From the IMG/VR virus record IMGVR_UViG_3300011339_000048, positions 1 through 29,871 of that record: a DNA stretch of 29,871 nucleotides; one strand, 5' to 3'. A program made the translations under genes and the position numbers. Below the pieces are notes generated by a model. The model saw nothing but the letters and a program-made list of their open reading frames with translations, searched no databases and was not told the origin of the DNA. Shown here piece after piece: positions 8,086 through 15,952 of this stretch. Within the stretch, counting starts at the first letter, position 1; every line of letters starts with the position of its first letter. The DNA comes from a virus (Duplodnaviria > Caudoviricetes).

Positions 8086-9645
8086 TTACCCAAGTTTTCC
8101 GTTTTTAGCCTGAATCTCAATCTTTTGAATACTCACAGCAGAACCATTGATCTGCACTTCATACGCTGTTTGCACTACCTTGCCGTATCCTGACGCTTGT
8201 CCAACAAGAGTAGATATTTGTATGCCTTGCGAGTAATATGCTACTGGAACACCATTAGCACCATATTCAGCCGTTCCATACTCTGCAATGGTTGATATAG
8301 GAATCTGTGCCTGAGTGGAGTAGTATTGACCTGAGAAATCAAATGACCACTTGATGATCAAGTCTTGGTTTGTTCCACCAATCACCACCACAGAAATCTT
8401 CTTCAGAATTGAGGTAATGTTCTGATCACCAAGGTCTGCGTAGTTGGTGTAATACTGGAAACGATAAGAAGAGGCATGGTCAAGATAAGTCCCATACTTG
8501 CCCACATACCCATTCTTACCAATCAGCAAATCACCATTCCTACGAGACAACAAGGCTGTTGGCTCAATGCTGTCCCAAGTCGTTACCCTTGAAGAACCAT
8601 CTTGCAATGTAGCCTTGGTATCAAACACATAGACTTGTTTGGCAACGGGAAGAGTCAAGAGATAAAAGGCGTTGACTTCTGAGTAAACCGCCTTAATGTT
8701 TGCCAATGTCTCAGAACCCACATAGGTCATCAAGTCATTACGCACATTCTTGGATAAGTCTCGCAAAGGTGCAGACTTCTCTTGAATCGTACGCATGAGA
8801 CTACGAACACCAGAGTTAGACAAGAAAACAATGTCTGAGGCAGTCGTAACAATCGAATCCCTTGACAGACAACCAATGTTTCCAATAGTGTCTGCCAATG
8901 TCATGGTGGATGGGGTTGTAGCACCAGAATAAACTAGGATTTGACGCTTACCAAAGATGAACAAAAAGCCATTGTGTGCGCCAAGTCCTACGATCTGATC
9001 AGAGCCGTTAGGCCATACCCGTGATACATCCAAACTGCCTGAAGTCCCACCCGTCCAGTTGTGACCAGCAAGTAAGTCAGAGAAAGTGATCGTTGCATTG
9101 TCTGTCGCTGTATCCGCTACCCACAAACGACCAAACGCAGAAATGGCTACATTCGCTTGTGGAACAGTACCTGTATAACCAGTTTTCTCAGATACACGCC
9201 TAAATGTCGTGGTGCTGACCGCAGGGTCATAGATCAGAGGGTCATACCCAGACTGAAAGAAGTATGTGATGCCATTCAAGGATGCACATTGCCAATTGGT
9301 TGCTGTAATGGTAGGTGCTGTACCGCCACCACCATAGGTCAATTCCACAACCGCATTGGAACTATCTAACTTGAATAACTTGTTGTTACCAGAAAACAAT
9401 ACAGTTAGTGTTCCATCCAACTGCACTAGTTCATGGATGACATTGATGTTATTTGCACCAAGGTTGCCAGAACTAGAGTTGACCCTTGAGAAACCTTTTC
9501 TAGCACCAATGCGTCCATATTGGTCAATGACACAATTGGTAGCAATAGCCGCATACCCCGCCTCCAATGTCAGAGGGGAGTCTTGCGTGTTCAGCCCAAA
9601 GAAGCCTGGGGCTTGAACGCTAAAGGTCTGCAATCTTTGCGTCAT
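8086..9645 (-). CDS. Tail nozzle / tail tubular protein B-like
   Basis: 519 aa beta-rich; N-terminal GFFGLNTQDSP...ATNCVIDQYGRIGARKG pattern of podovirus nozzles (P22 gp10 / T7 gp12 class); follows the adaptor gene. Confidence 0.8.
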   Translation of the reverse strand: MTQRLQTFSVQAPGFFGLNTQDSPLTLEAGYAAIATNCVIDQYGRIGARKGFSRVNSSSGNLGANNINVIHELVQLDGTLTVLFSGNNKLFKLDSSNAVVELTYGGGGTAPTITATNWQCASLNGITYFFQSGYDPLIYDPAVSTTTFRRVSEKTGYTGTVPQANVAISAFGRLWVADTATDNATITFSDLLAGHNWTGGTSGSLDVSRVWPNGSDQIVGLGAHNGFLFIFGKRQILVYSGATTPSTMTLADTIGNIGCLSRDSIVTTASDIVFLSNSGVRSLMRTIQEKSAPLRDLSKNVRNDLMTYVGSETLANIKAVYSEVNAFYLLTLPVAKQVYVFDTKATLQDGSSRVTTWDSIEPTALLSRRNGDLLIGKNGYVGKYGTYLDHASSYRFQYYTNYADLGDQNITSILKKISVVVIGGTNQDLIIKWSFDFSGQYYSTQAQIPISTIAEYGTAEYGANGVPVAYYSQGIQISTLVGQASGYGKVVQTAYEVQINGSAVSIQKIEIQAKNGKLG

Positions 9646-10289
9646 ATACTGACAAACTCCTGATTCTCAGGATAGCGTGTGCCTTCCAAAGCAATATAGT
9701 CAGACAACATTGCCCGATATAGGTTATACGCTTCTGAGGAAGATAGACCACCATCCTCGCCACGCTCTACCAATGCTCTTGCATAGGCGTTTTGAGACAC
9801 TAAAACATCAGGCACTTTGACAACAGTTGAGTCTGCAGACAAGGTGGCTTGTGGGATGGTCAACATGAATTTGACTGTGTATACAGTATCTGGAACTGGA
9901 TATAGGCTTACTTTGCTATCGTAAGAACCATCCACGCCATCAAAGGCAAATTGGGTTGGCGCACCTTGTGGAACAGGCGCAAAGTTAAGATTGCGGTTCA
10001 TCTCCACAAAACTGATGTTTCTCATCCCAATGAGACTTGTTGTGTTGATTACATCCATAACCTGAAACTTCTGCCCAGCACCTGTCAGAGAATAGGAAGA
10101 TGTGCCTGAGACAGTTGTGACTGTGATGGTTGACCCCAATGCGTTCCAAGAGAAAGCATCTTCAACCTGACGCTTGGCATCATTGATGAACTTAGAAATT
10201 AGGGTGGAGTAGGTGGTTTCGTTGTATGTGGTGACCACAGGCTCTCTGAGTCGCACCAAAACATCGTTTACAAGTTCTAGGAATGTCAT
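9642..10289 (-). CDS. Head-tail adaptor / tail tubular protein A-like
   Basis: 215 aa; MTFLELVNDVLVRLRE...FINDAKRQVEDAFSW is a typical adaptor N-terminus; ATGA overlaps at both ends. Confidence 0.8.
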   Translation of the reverse strand: MTFLELVNDVLVRLREPVVTTYNETTYSTLISKFINDAKRQVEDAFSWNALGSTITVTTVSGTSSYSLTGAGQKFQVMDVINTTSLIGMRNISFVEMNRNLNFAPVPQGAPTQFAFDGVDGSYDSKVSLYPVPDTVYTVKFMLTIPQATLSADSTVVKVPDVLVSQNAYARALVERGEDGGLSSSEAYNLYRAMLSDYIALEGTRYPENQEFVSI

Positions 10290-10621
10290 GTTCTAGTCAA
10301 CCCTTCTTCTTCAAATGTGGCTATAAAACTGAACGAACTTGCCGATTCAGTTGTTATCTTAATCTTGTCACCTTCTTCTAAAACGATATAGGCGTTGCCA
10401 TCAAACTGTAAGTAACTTTTTGATGAAAAGTTGTATTGAGTCAATATATCAAGGGTGGTATTAGCACTTGAGTCATACCATTGAACAGTAATATGCTTGG
10501 TAGACCCACCTGTATTGTGTATATACATTACAGTAAATTTAGCGTAATAGCCTCTAGGACAGGTATAGACTGTTGTGTCTACTGCCGCTGTGGGGTTAAC
10601 GCCAACTGATAATGCTCTCAT
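10286..10621 (-). CDS. Small beta-sandwich structural protein, putative
   Basis: 111 aa, TTVYTCP...IVLEEGDKIKIT beta pattern; ATGA coupling on both sides. Confidence 0.65.
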   Translation of the reverse strand: MRALSVGVNPTAAVDTTVYTCPRGYYAKFTVMYIHNTGGSTKHITVQWYDSSANTTLDILTQYNFSSKSYLQFDGNAYIVLEEGDKIKITTESASSFSFIATFEEEGLTRT

Positions 10622-10929
10622 TTCGCCTTTGCCTTATTCCTTGCGGAAATTGACTTGGCTTTTGCCTTTGCATCAGCCTTGGAAGAAGCACCCCAAGCCT
10701 TTAGCGAAAGAAGCAGTCTTGTCGGTTCACCATTCTTGTACTCAGGGCCACTCATGTTTCCCATACGAGCCAAAAAACTCGATCTTCTCGGGTTGTCACC
10801 CGTTTTTACTGGAGCCTTTAAATTGCCACCAGTTTCCGCATTATAAGATGCTCTTCCCTTGGCGTTCAACCCTCCAGATTTGGATTTTCCTTCACTCCTA
10901 GCCCATGCTGGGCTTTTGAACTTTTCCAT
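10618..10929 (-). CDS. Small basic protein (DUF6321-like)
   Basis: SPAWARSEGKSKSGGLNAKGRASYN...RRSSFLARMG...RLLLSLKAWG; GGAG SD lies inside the upstream endonuclease gene. Family name from memory. Confidence 0.75.
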   Translation of the reverse strand: MEKFKSPAWARSEGKSKSGGLNAKGRASYNAETGGNLKAPVKTGDNPRRSSFLARMGNMSGPEYKNGEPTRLLLSLKAWGASSKADAKAKAKSISARNKAKAK

Positions 10930-11641
10930 GATGATTCTCCATTATTGTTAAACACCATTGATAAAGTTGCTCGGTAGAAAGGTCTGATTTCATGCGGTTC
11001 ACAACATCACAAACAAATTGTACATTTCCTTTAACATAGCCTAAAGAACTATCTATTCTATCAATACTAATGTTTGTTAAAACCCTTCCAACGCCAGCAA
11101 TATAAGTCATATCAACCCCAGAAATAGCACATTTGCCTTCTTGTTTTTTATATAAATCAAGTAGGTAAAAAATATCAATGTTAAATCCAAGGTGCTGTTT
11201 TCGTTTTGTTGCATGATACAAAATTGATGAAATAAAGTTTTTTGGACTAAATGATCTTTGTTTGCATTTTGTTAAATAACTTATTGGGTACTTTTGTTTT
11301 GATAAATCCAAGACACAACTTTTGCACTTTGTTCTATATTTTTTTGTTCCGTCACTGAAACATCCGTTTGAATAGAATTCCGATAAAGGCTTATCTATTT
11401 TGCATGATGAGCAAGTTTGCTCGCCAAGCAATAATATTGCCGAATGAACTGGCCTTGCTCTGTTTTTTCTTTCTTTAACCCTACGACATTGTTTGCAATA
11501 TGGTCTATACCTTGTAGCACCATCCTTGCGAACTCCATGAACATAAAAATCAAAAAGAGGTTTGTTATTTTTACATTTTGGGCAAAACGCAAAAGATAAG
11601 TCATCTTTGCCACGAATGATAAAAGAATTGAATTTTTCCAT
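10898..11641 (-). CDS. HNH-type (His-Me finger) putative homing endonuclease with N-terminal Zn-ribbon repeats
   Basis: Two CxxC..KPLxxFY..CKxC repeats; C-terminal CAISG...SIDRIDSSLGYVKGNVQFVCDVVNRMK; visibly AT-richer than its flanks. Start is ATG 11641 or 11656. Confidence 0.8.
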   Translation of the reverse strand: MEKFNSFIIRGKDDLSFAFCPKCKNNKPLFDFYVHGVRKDGATRYRPYCKQCRRVKERKNRARPVHSAILLLGEQTCSSCKIDKPLSEFYSNGCFSDGTKKYRTKCKSCVLDLSKQKYPISYLTKCKQRSFSPKNFISSILYHATKRKQHLGFNIDIFYLLDLYKKQEGKCAISGVDMTYIAGVGRVLTNISIDRIDSSLGYVKGNVQFVCDVVNRMKSDLSTEQLYQWCLTIMENHHGKVQKPSMG

Positions 11642-11647
11642 CTTGCC

Positions 11648-11653
11648 ATTATA
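11648..11653 (-). promoter_or_regulatory. Perfect -10 hexamer ahead of the endonuclease gene
   Basis: TATAAT 6 nt upstream of ATG 11641; no recognisable -35 or SD. Confidence 0.45.
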
Positions 11654-11664
11654 CATCGTCCAGT

Positions 11665-11703
11665 GTTTTTACCTTCGGAGCGTTGCCAAGCGGGAGTTTT
11701 CAT
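11665..11703 (-). pseudogene. 5' remnant of the DUF6321-like gene
   Basis: ATG 11703 (TGATG-coupled) reads MKTPAWQRSEGKN, matching KSPAWARSEGKS of the 10618-10929 protein, then runs out of similarity into the endonuclease in another frame. Confidence 0.75.
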
Positions 11704-11861
11704 CACTTCACCTTTTTTGGTTTCTTTGCAGTTTTAGCAGACTCAATAAACGCTTTGGCAGTTGGCGCACCTTTGCTACCAACCTTACGCATCCGTTCAC
11801 CAGAGCCAGCTTTAATTCTTGCTTGTTTAGCATGGATATTGGCATATAAACCTTGTTTCAT
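11703..11861 (-). CDS. Small basic protein, 52 aa
   Basis: Not in the ORF track. MKQGLYANIHAKQARIKAGSGERMRKVGSKGAPTAKAFIESAKTAKKPKKVK; start and stop both overlap the neighbouring genes. Confidence 0.8.
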   Translation of the reverse strand: MKQGLYANIHAKQARIKAGSGERMRKVGSKGAPTAKAFIESAKTAKKPKKVK

Positions 11862-12022
11862 TTCTTCTTCCTTGGCTTGGACATTCCCCCTTCTGAGAGG
11901 GCAATAGCAATTGCTTGTTTGCGTGACTTCACTACGGGGCCTTTTTTACCAGAATGTAGAGTACCTTCTTTGTACTCGTGCATTACCTTGCCAACCTTCT
12001 TCTGTCCTTTGGTCATTTTCAT
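11858..12022 (-). CDS. Small basic protein (DUF6496-like)
   Basis: MKMTKGQKKVGKVMHEYKEGTLHSGKKGPVVKSRKQAIAIALSE; AAGGAG SD; ATGA overlap. Confidence 0.8.
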   Translation of the reverse strand: MKMTKGQKKVGKVMHEYKEGTLHSGKKGPVVKSRKQAIAIALSEGGMSKPRKKK

Positions 12023-12432
12023 GGTTTCTCCTTTGTAATTGGCCCACCAGATTTCCACGCATCACAAGTGCGGAGGGCGGCACAGGTGAATTGAAATAAG
12101 TCGCAATACCCAAGATTAGCCGCCTTGACAAAGTTCTCGTCATAGGACAACTCACCTTCTTTCTCATCTTTTTCTAGCCCACCAAGGATGCACTCCATCA
12201 TCTTGGGAGTCTGGATAAATGCGGCGCAGTTGCCACAACGCATCCCCATAATATCTTTGGTAGGGGCGTTATACATCTTTGCCTTCTTTAACCAGAAAGA
12301 GTCATTTGGCTCTTCAGGGTTAGGAGGGCCATACCCATACTCTTTAAAAGCATGGTTTCTGTTCTTCAGATTGATGGAAACATCCTGAGTTGCCACAGGA
12401 CAAACAGTTCCTGAAAGCAATCCCTCTTTCAT
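12019..12432 (-). CDS. Cys-rich protein with HiPIP-like motif
   Basis: ATG 12432 overlaps the upstream TGA; RCGNCAAF...GYCDLFQFTCAALRTCDAW. Confidence 0.7.
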   Translation of the reverse strand: MKEGLLSGTVCPVATQDVSINLKNRNHAFKEYGYGPPNPEEPNDSFWLKKAKMYNAPTKDIMGMRCGNCAAFIQTPKMMECILGGLEKDEKEGELSYDENFVKAANLGYCDLFQFTCAALRTCDAWKSGGPITKEKP

Positions 12433-12632
12433 CGGAGTAACTTTCCACCAATGAAGGTGATTACGCCACCAATCATAGATGCGATGGTCATACCAATCCA
12501 AAAGCCACCCTTAGACTTGTTTGCCAACTCAAGTAGTGCTTTTACATCTTGGGCAAGAGAGTGAACCTCTGTTTGGAGAGCCTCTACTTGAGCCTCCAAT
12601 TTGCCAAAATCTCTTGCGTCTATGTCGCTCAT
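12429..12632 (-). CDS. Small coiled-coil plus C-terminal TM protein
   Basis: 67 aa: heptads LEAQVEALQTEVHSLAQDVKAL, then GGFWIGMTIASMIGGVITFIGG. Confidence 0.75.
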   Translation of the reverse strand: MSDIDARDFGKLEAQVEALQTEVHSLAQDVKALLELANKSKGGFWIGMTIASMIGGVITFIGGKLLR

Positions 12633-12829
12633 AACAATTGTTCCTTACGGGGTCTACCCATAGGTTTCTTCAAAGTTAGTGTCTGCCTTGTTCCATCAAC
12701 CTTCTCAACCTCCACAACAGCAGAAGTATCTACCTCTGTATATTGATGGTGTCTACGCATCTCAATAATGTCATAGTCCTGTCTGAACTCAACAACATTA
12801 CCTGATTGATTGCAACGAAACAAAGCCAT
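12629..12829 (-). CDS. Hypothetical protein, 66 aa
   Basis: ATG 12829 after AAGGA SD; ends KKPMGRPRKEQLL (AT-hook-like GRPRK). Confidence 0.7.
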   Translation of the reverse strand: MALFRCNQSGNVVEFRQDYDIIEMRRHHQYTEVDTSAVVEVEKVDGTRQTLTLKKPMGRPRKEQLL

Positions 12830-12843
12830 ATAAATTCCTTTTG

Positions 12844-12866
12844 AAGAAAGGGGGAACAAGTCCCCC
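12844..12866 (-). terminator. Rho-independent terminator
   Basis: Minus strand GGGGGA-CTTGT-TCCCCC followed by TTTCTT, right after the stop of the 107-aa gene. Confidence 0.65.
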
Positions 12867-12871
12867 AATCT

Positions 12872-13195
12872 TTAGACCATACGAACTACAACTAGTCGTA
12901 AGGTGGTTGATGCTAGGTCAACAGTGGAGCCAGATTCATTTTGAACACGGAATTTGACAGTATTTGCGGCTGAGACATAACCTGTCACAGTCAAACCTAC
13001 CAAATCTACGCCCAAAGATGCACCGATAACCATGTCTCCCAAGGCAACGCCTGGGATCGTAATGTCATCAGTCTCACCTGCTCCATCTACCAAAGAACCA
13101 GCGTCTAACGTGGCTCTGACAGACCATGTATCGCTGAAAAGACCACGAAATTGGTCATTTCCTCTGCGTGTCGTTACTGCGGATGCGGTTGGCAT
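12872..13195 (-). CDS. Capsid decoration / minor head protein, putative
   Basis: 107 aa beta-rich, AGGAG SD, immediately after the major capsid gene. Confidence 0.6.
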   Translation of the reverse strand: MPTASAVTTRRGNDQFRGLFSDTWSVRATLDAGSLVDGAGETDDITIPGVALGDMVIGASLGVDLVGLTVTGYVSAANTVKFRVQNESGSTVDLASTTLRLVVVRMV

Positions 13196-13216
13196 TTCAA
13201 TTTCTCCTAATTAGTT

Positions 13217-13244
13217 AAAAAAAGTCCCCCCAGTTACGGGGGGC
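13217..13244 (-). terminator. Rho-independent terminator after major capsid gene
   Basis: Minus strand CCCCCC-GTAACT-GGGGGG then ACTTTTTTT. Confidence 0.8.
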
Positions 13245-13254
13245 GCAACTGCAA

Positions 13255-14199
13255 TTAGGCAGGAACTAAGAGAGCAAACATAGAGGCAGACTTAGCCGCA
13301 CCTGTGCTTGCCGCAGAACGCAGAATCTGAACGCCATACAACGTATCAGATGTGAACAGCGTAGCAAGATACTCTTGCTTGTACTGCACTTGTGAACGAA
13401 CACCGATTTGCTCGACAAGAACCAAAGACTCTTTGTGTCCCATCAAACAAACCCGTGCGCCAGCAGAGCCTGACGCTGTGTCGCAATTGCTTGAGACAAA
13501 CACAGGGATGCCATACAAGTTACCGATCTCACCTGTGCGGATGGTATTGTTAGTACCGCCAACAAAGGCTTGCTCTGTGTAACGAGCGAGACCCATCAAA
13601 GTATTGCGACTTGAGGGTGGGATGATGAAGAAGCGACCATCCATAGGAGTGTCGGTATCGTCAAGGCGTTGGATAGTTCTGCGAATAGCGGCATCGGTCA
13701 AAGCAGACTCGTTGTTGCTTGCGGCAACATAGGCTGTTGTTCCATCACCACCAATGAACGCACCAGTTGCGTAGGCGTTTGTGCCAGCACCACCATTGGT
13801 TGAACGTCCCAAGTTGATCAAGTCTGTATCGACTTGCTTTGCCAAGGAGTAACCAGCGTCTGCTGTGTAGAAGTTGCGTAGGCTGTTTAAGGCTTGTGCT
13901 TCTACGATGTCTTCGATCAAACGGCTATATTCATAGTGTTTGTCGATTGCTACCTGAACTTCAGACTCGGTTGCCGCAATCAGCGTAACCTGTGAACCCG
14001 CCGCCTTTGCAGACGCAGAGCCACGGGTAGGAGCGGGGACGTGAACTGTGTCACCCTTCTTACCCTTGAAGTTCATCTTCATAACCAAGTTGGCTAAAAC
14101 GAGGTTCTTTTTGTAAGCCGCAACAATCTCGTCACTCCATATTTCAGGAATGAAGGTTGCCGCAGTCGTGACTGTCACATTATTTGTACCTAAAGGCAT
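13255..14199 (-). CDS. Major capsid protein (HK97 fold)
   Basis: 314 aa; FIPEIWSDEI, GDTVHVP, AGYSLAKQVDTDL, GEIGNLYGIPVFVSSN, DTLYGV motifs; follows the scaffold gene. Confidence 0.92.
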   Translation of the reverse strand: MPLGTNNVTVTTAATFIPEIWSDEIVAAYKKNLVLANLVMKMNFKGKKGDTVHVPAPTRGSASAKAAGSQVTLIAATESEVQVAIDKHYEYSRLIEDIVEAQALNSLRNFYTADAGYSLAKQVDTDLINLGRSTNGGAGTNAYATGAFIGGDGTTAYVAASNNESALTDAAIRRTIQRLDDTDTPMDGRFFIIPPSSRNTLMGLARYTEQAFVGGTNNTIRTGEIGNLYGIPVFVSSNCDTASGSAGARVCLMGHKESLVLVEQIGVRSQVQYKQEYLATLFTSDTLYGVQILRSAASTGAAKSASMFALLVPA

Positions 14200-14227
14200 G
14201 ATAAATCTCCAAAAATCGATAAGTTAA

Positions 14228-14992
14228 CTATTTGACCCGACCTTCTGCGTAGGCTTGCATGATTTCATCACTCAAGGCTTCGTATCTGTTCGGATCGCTC
14301 ATTTTCAGCCGAATAAGGTCAGCCCTTCTGTATACCCTTTTTCCTGATTCCCCACTTCCACCTACATCCACACTCGCCGCCTTCAGGTTAGTCTTGCGTG
14401 TGGTTTCACCCACATCACTCGTCTGTTTAGCCCGAACACCTTGCAATTGCTTGTAGGTTGAGATTAATTCATTGGCACTATCGTAGTCAAATTCACCATC
14501 TGCTTTAGCATAAAGACCTAACCTTACGGGACTGGATTTCACCCAGTTCACAAAGTTTGGGTCTTGAGCAATCTGACCATAGTCGGGATGCTCTTGCGCT
14601 AGTTTTTGCTGAATCTGCATCTTTTTGAACTCTTGAGCCGCTTGGCGTCCCGCAAGTACATCTGGATGGTTGTCTACTGTTTGCCGAATTGCCTCTTTTG
14701 GGTTCTCAAAAAAGTCTACTTCTTGCCGTTCCTCTTGAATAGGTTGCTTGTTAGAGGAGAGGTTTTGCTTTATGAGTTCATCTGCTAGTTTTCGTACTTC
14801 ACCAACTTCTTGAGCCTGTTTACCAATCAACTTTTCAGCCTCTTGGTGCATTTTGACAACCTCTTCAAGAGTTTTCTCCCGATATTTTTCGGGTAACTCT
14901 GCTAGGGGTGCAGTCTCAGGGAGTTGTTTTTGCTGTGATTGCTCAACAACATCTAACTCACTTGGCATCTCGTCTTCTTGATCAATCAACAT
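14228..14992 (-). CDS. Capsid scaffolding protein
   Basis: ATG 14992 after a purine-rich SD; LPEKYREKTLEEVVKMHQEAEKLIG; C-terminal MSDPNRYEALSDEIMQAYAEGRVK; directly upstream of the capsid gene. Confidence 0.85.
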   Translation of the reverse strand: MLIDQEDEMPSELDVVEQSQQKQLPETAPLAELPEKYREKTLEEVVKMHQEAEKLIGKQAQEVGEVRKLADELIKQNLSSNKQPIQEERQEVDFFENPKEAIRQTVDNHPDVLAGRQAAQEFKKMQIQQKLAQEHPDYGQIAQDPNFVNWVKSSPVRLGLYAKADGEFDYDSANELISTYKQLQGVRAKQTSDVGETTRKTNLKAASVDVGGSGESGKRVYRRADLIRLKMSDPNRYEALSDEIMQAYAEGRVK

Positions 14993-15048
14993 ATTTTTAC
15001 CTTTTCCTGCCGTTATCGGTTCTAGGACATTCAACTCGCCACTTTGGG

Positions 15049-15276
15049 TTAAGAGTTGTTTCTTTGCTCCCATTTCAACCTGTCAAGGTGCTTTTTCTCG
15101 AACTTCCCATGCTCAGATGGGAAAGAACCAGACCACCCTTCCAACTTGAAGTTGGGTGCGCTAATGAGGCGGTTGGCTGTTGCTCCGCACTCACACCTAA
15201 AACTTGTTGCCTCATAATCAACAAGTCTTTCGGTAATATGCCCATTTTCACAGGCAAAATCAAATAATCTTTTCAT
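15049..15276 (-). CDS. FmdB-family zinc-ribbon protein
   Basis: LFDFACENGH...RCECGATANRLISAP matches the FmdB-type ribbon pattern. Confidence 0.75.
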   Translation of the reverse strand: MKRLFDFACENGHITERLVDYEATSFRCECGATANRLISAPNFKLEGWSGSFPSEHGKFEKKHLDRLKWEQRNNS

Positions 15277-15499
15277 TCAATTCCTCGTATGCTCTTTCGC
15301 TGACCTCTTTCAAGGTTCTCAGCCAAGTCAGAATTGACAACTCGCCCTTCTTGAAGTGCAAGGTTTGTTCGTCAGGGATTGTACTGATATTGTTCAAAGA
15401 TTCAATCATTGTGTCAATATCTTCCATTAAGTCTTTCCACCCATCTGTTGCCATAGTGGAGAAACGAGCCTCATAGTACTTTTGCAGTTCAGGATTCAC
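15260..15499 (-). CDS. Conserved small helical head-region protein
   Basis: 79 aa, GTG start; MATDGWKDLMED...LHFKKGELSILTWL. Confidence 0.75.
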   Translation of the reverse strand: MNPELQKYYEARFSTMATDGWKDLMEDIDTMIESLNNISTIPDEQTLHFKKGELSILTWLRTLKEVSERAYEELNEKII

Positions 15500-15653
15500 T
15501 TGGAGTTTCCTCTGCCTTTGGAAGTTGAGGTTCTACTTGGCTACGCAATTTCAGCCACAAAGGATGTGCATTTGACTGCGTTGGCAGTTGACCAATAATG
15601 TTTGTTATGTCTACTGCCTCTTGTGCAGTCAAAGTTATTGTTACCTCTTGCAT
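15489..15653 (-). CDS. Hypothetical 54-aa protein, possible fibre chaperone
   Basis: Not in the ORF track. TAATG-coupled; MQEVTITLTAQEAVDITNIIGQLPTQSNAHPLWLKLRSQVEPQLPKAEETPSES. Confidence 0.7.
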   Translation of the reverse strand: MQEVTITLTAQEAVDITNIIGQLPTQSNAHPLWLKLRSQVEPQLPKAEETPSES

Positions 15654-15943
15654 TACCAAGGCACTCCAGTAGCAGTTACAGGATTCTTCTGTGCATCTAT
15701 CTGCGCTTGCAGACTAGCCTCTACCGCCTCTTTGTCTACGCCATTAGCCCATATCCAACCTAATACTTCTTCTTGTGTCAAGTCAGCATAGGGCGTTGTA
15801 GGTGTTCCATCTGCCCATGAACTTGTAGAGTATGTAGATGCGGAATAATCCCCATCTACTGCGCTTGCAGTCCAATGTGCGGTGGTTACAAACCCGTTAG
15901 AGGTTTGGCGGTCTAGTTGTGTGATTGTCCAAGTTGTAGTCAT
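15653..15943 (-). CDS. Fibre-associated small protein
   Basis: 96 aa, PYADLTQEEVLGWIW...PW; AAGGA SD; follows the S74 fibre gene. Confidence 0.7.
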   Translation of the reverse strand: MTTTWTITQLDRQTSNGFVTTAHWTASAVDGDYSASTYSTSSWADGTPTTPYADLTQEEVLGWIWANGVDKEAVEASLQAQIDAQKNPVTATGVPW

Positions 15944-15952
15944 AAAGTTTCC

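Noticed and set aside
10930-11664. Group I intron or intein carrying the endonuclease
   Set aside because: The ORF fills almost the whole insert, leaving no room for a ribozyme core. There are no intein terminal motifs, and the duplicated N-terminus makes splicing unnecessary.
11395-11706. 103-aa ORF as an intact gene
   Set aside because: Only about 13 codons resemble a protein; the rest is an alternative frame of the endonuclease gene.
13245-13290. T7-like capsid frameshift extension
   Set aside because: No slippery sequence before the stop, and a terminator follows immediately.
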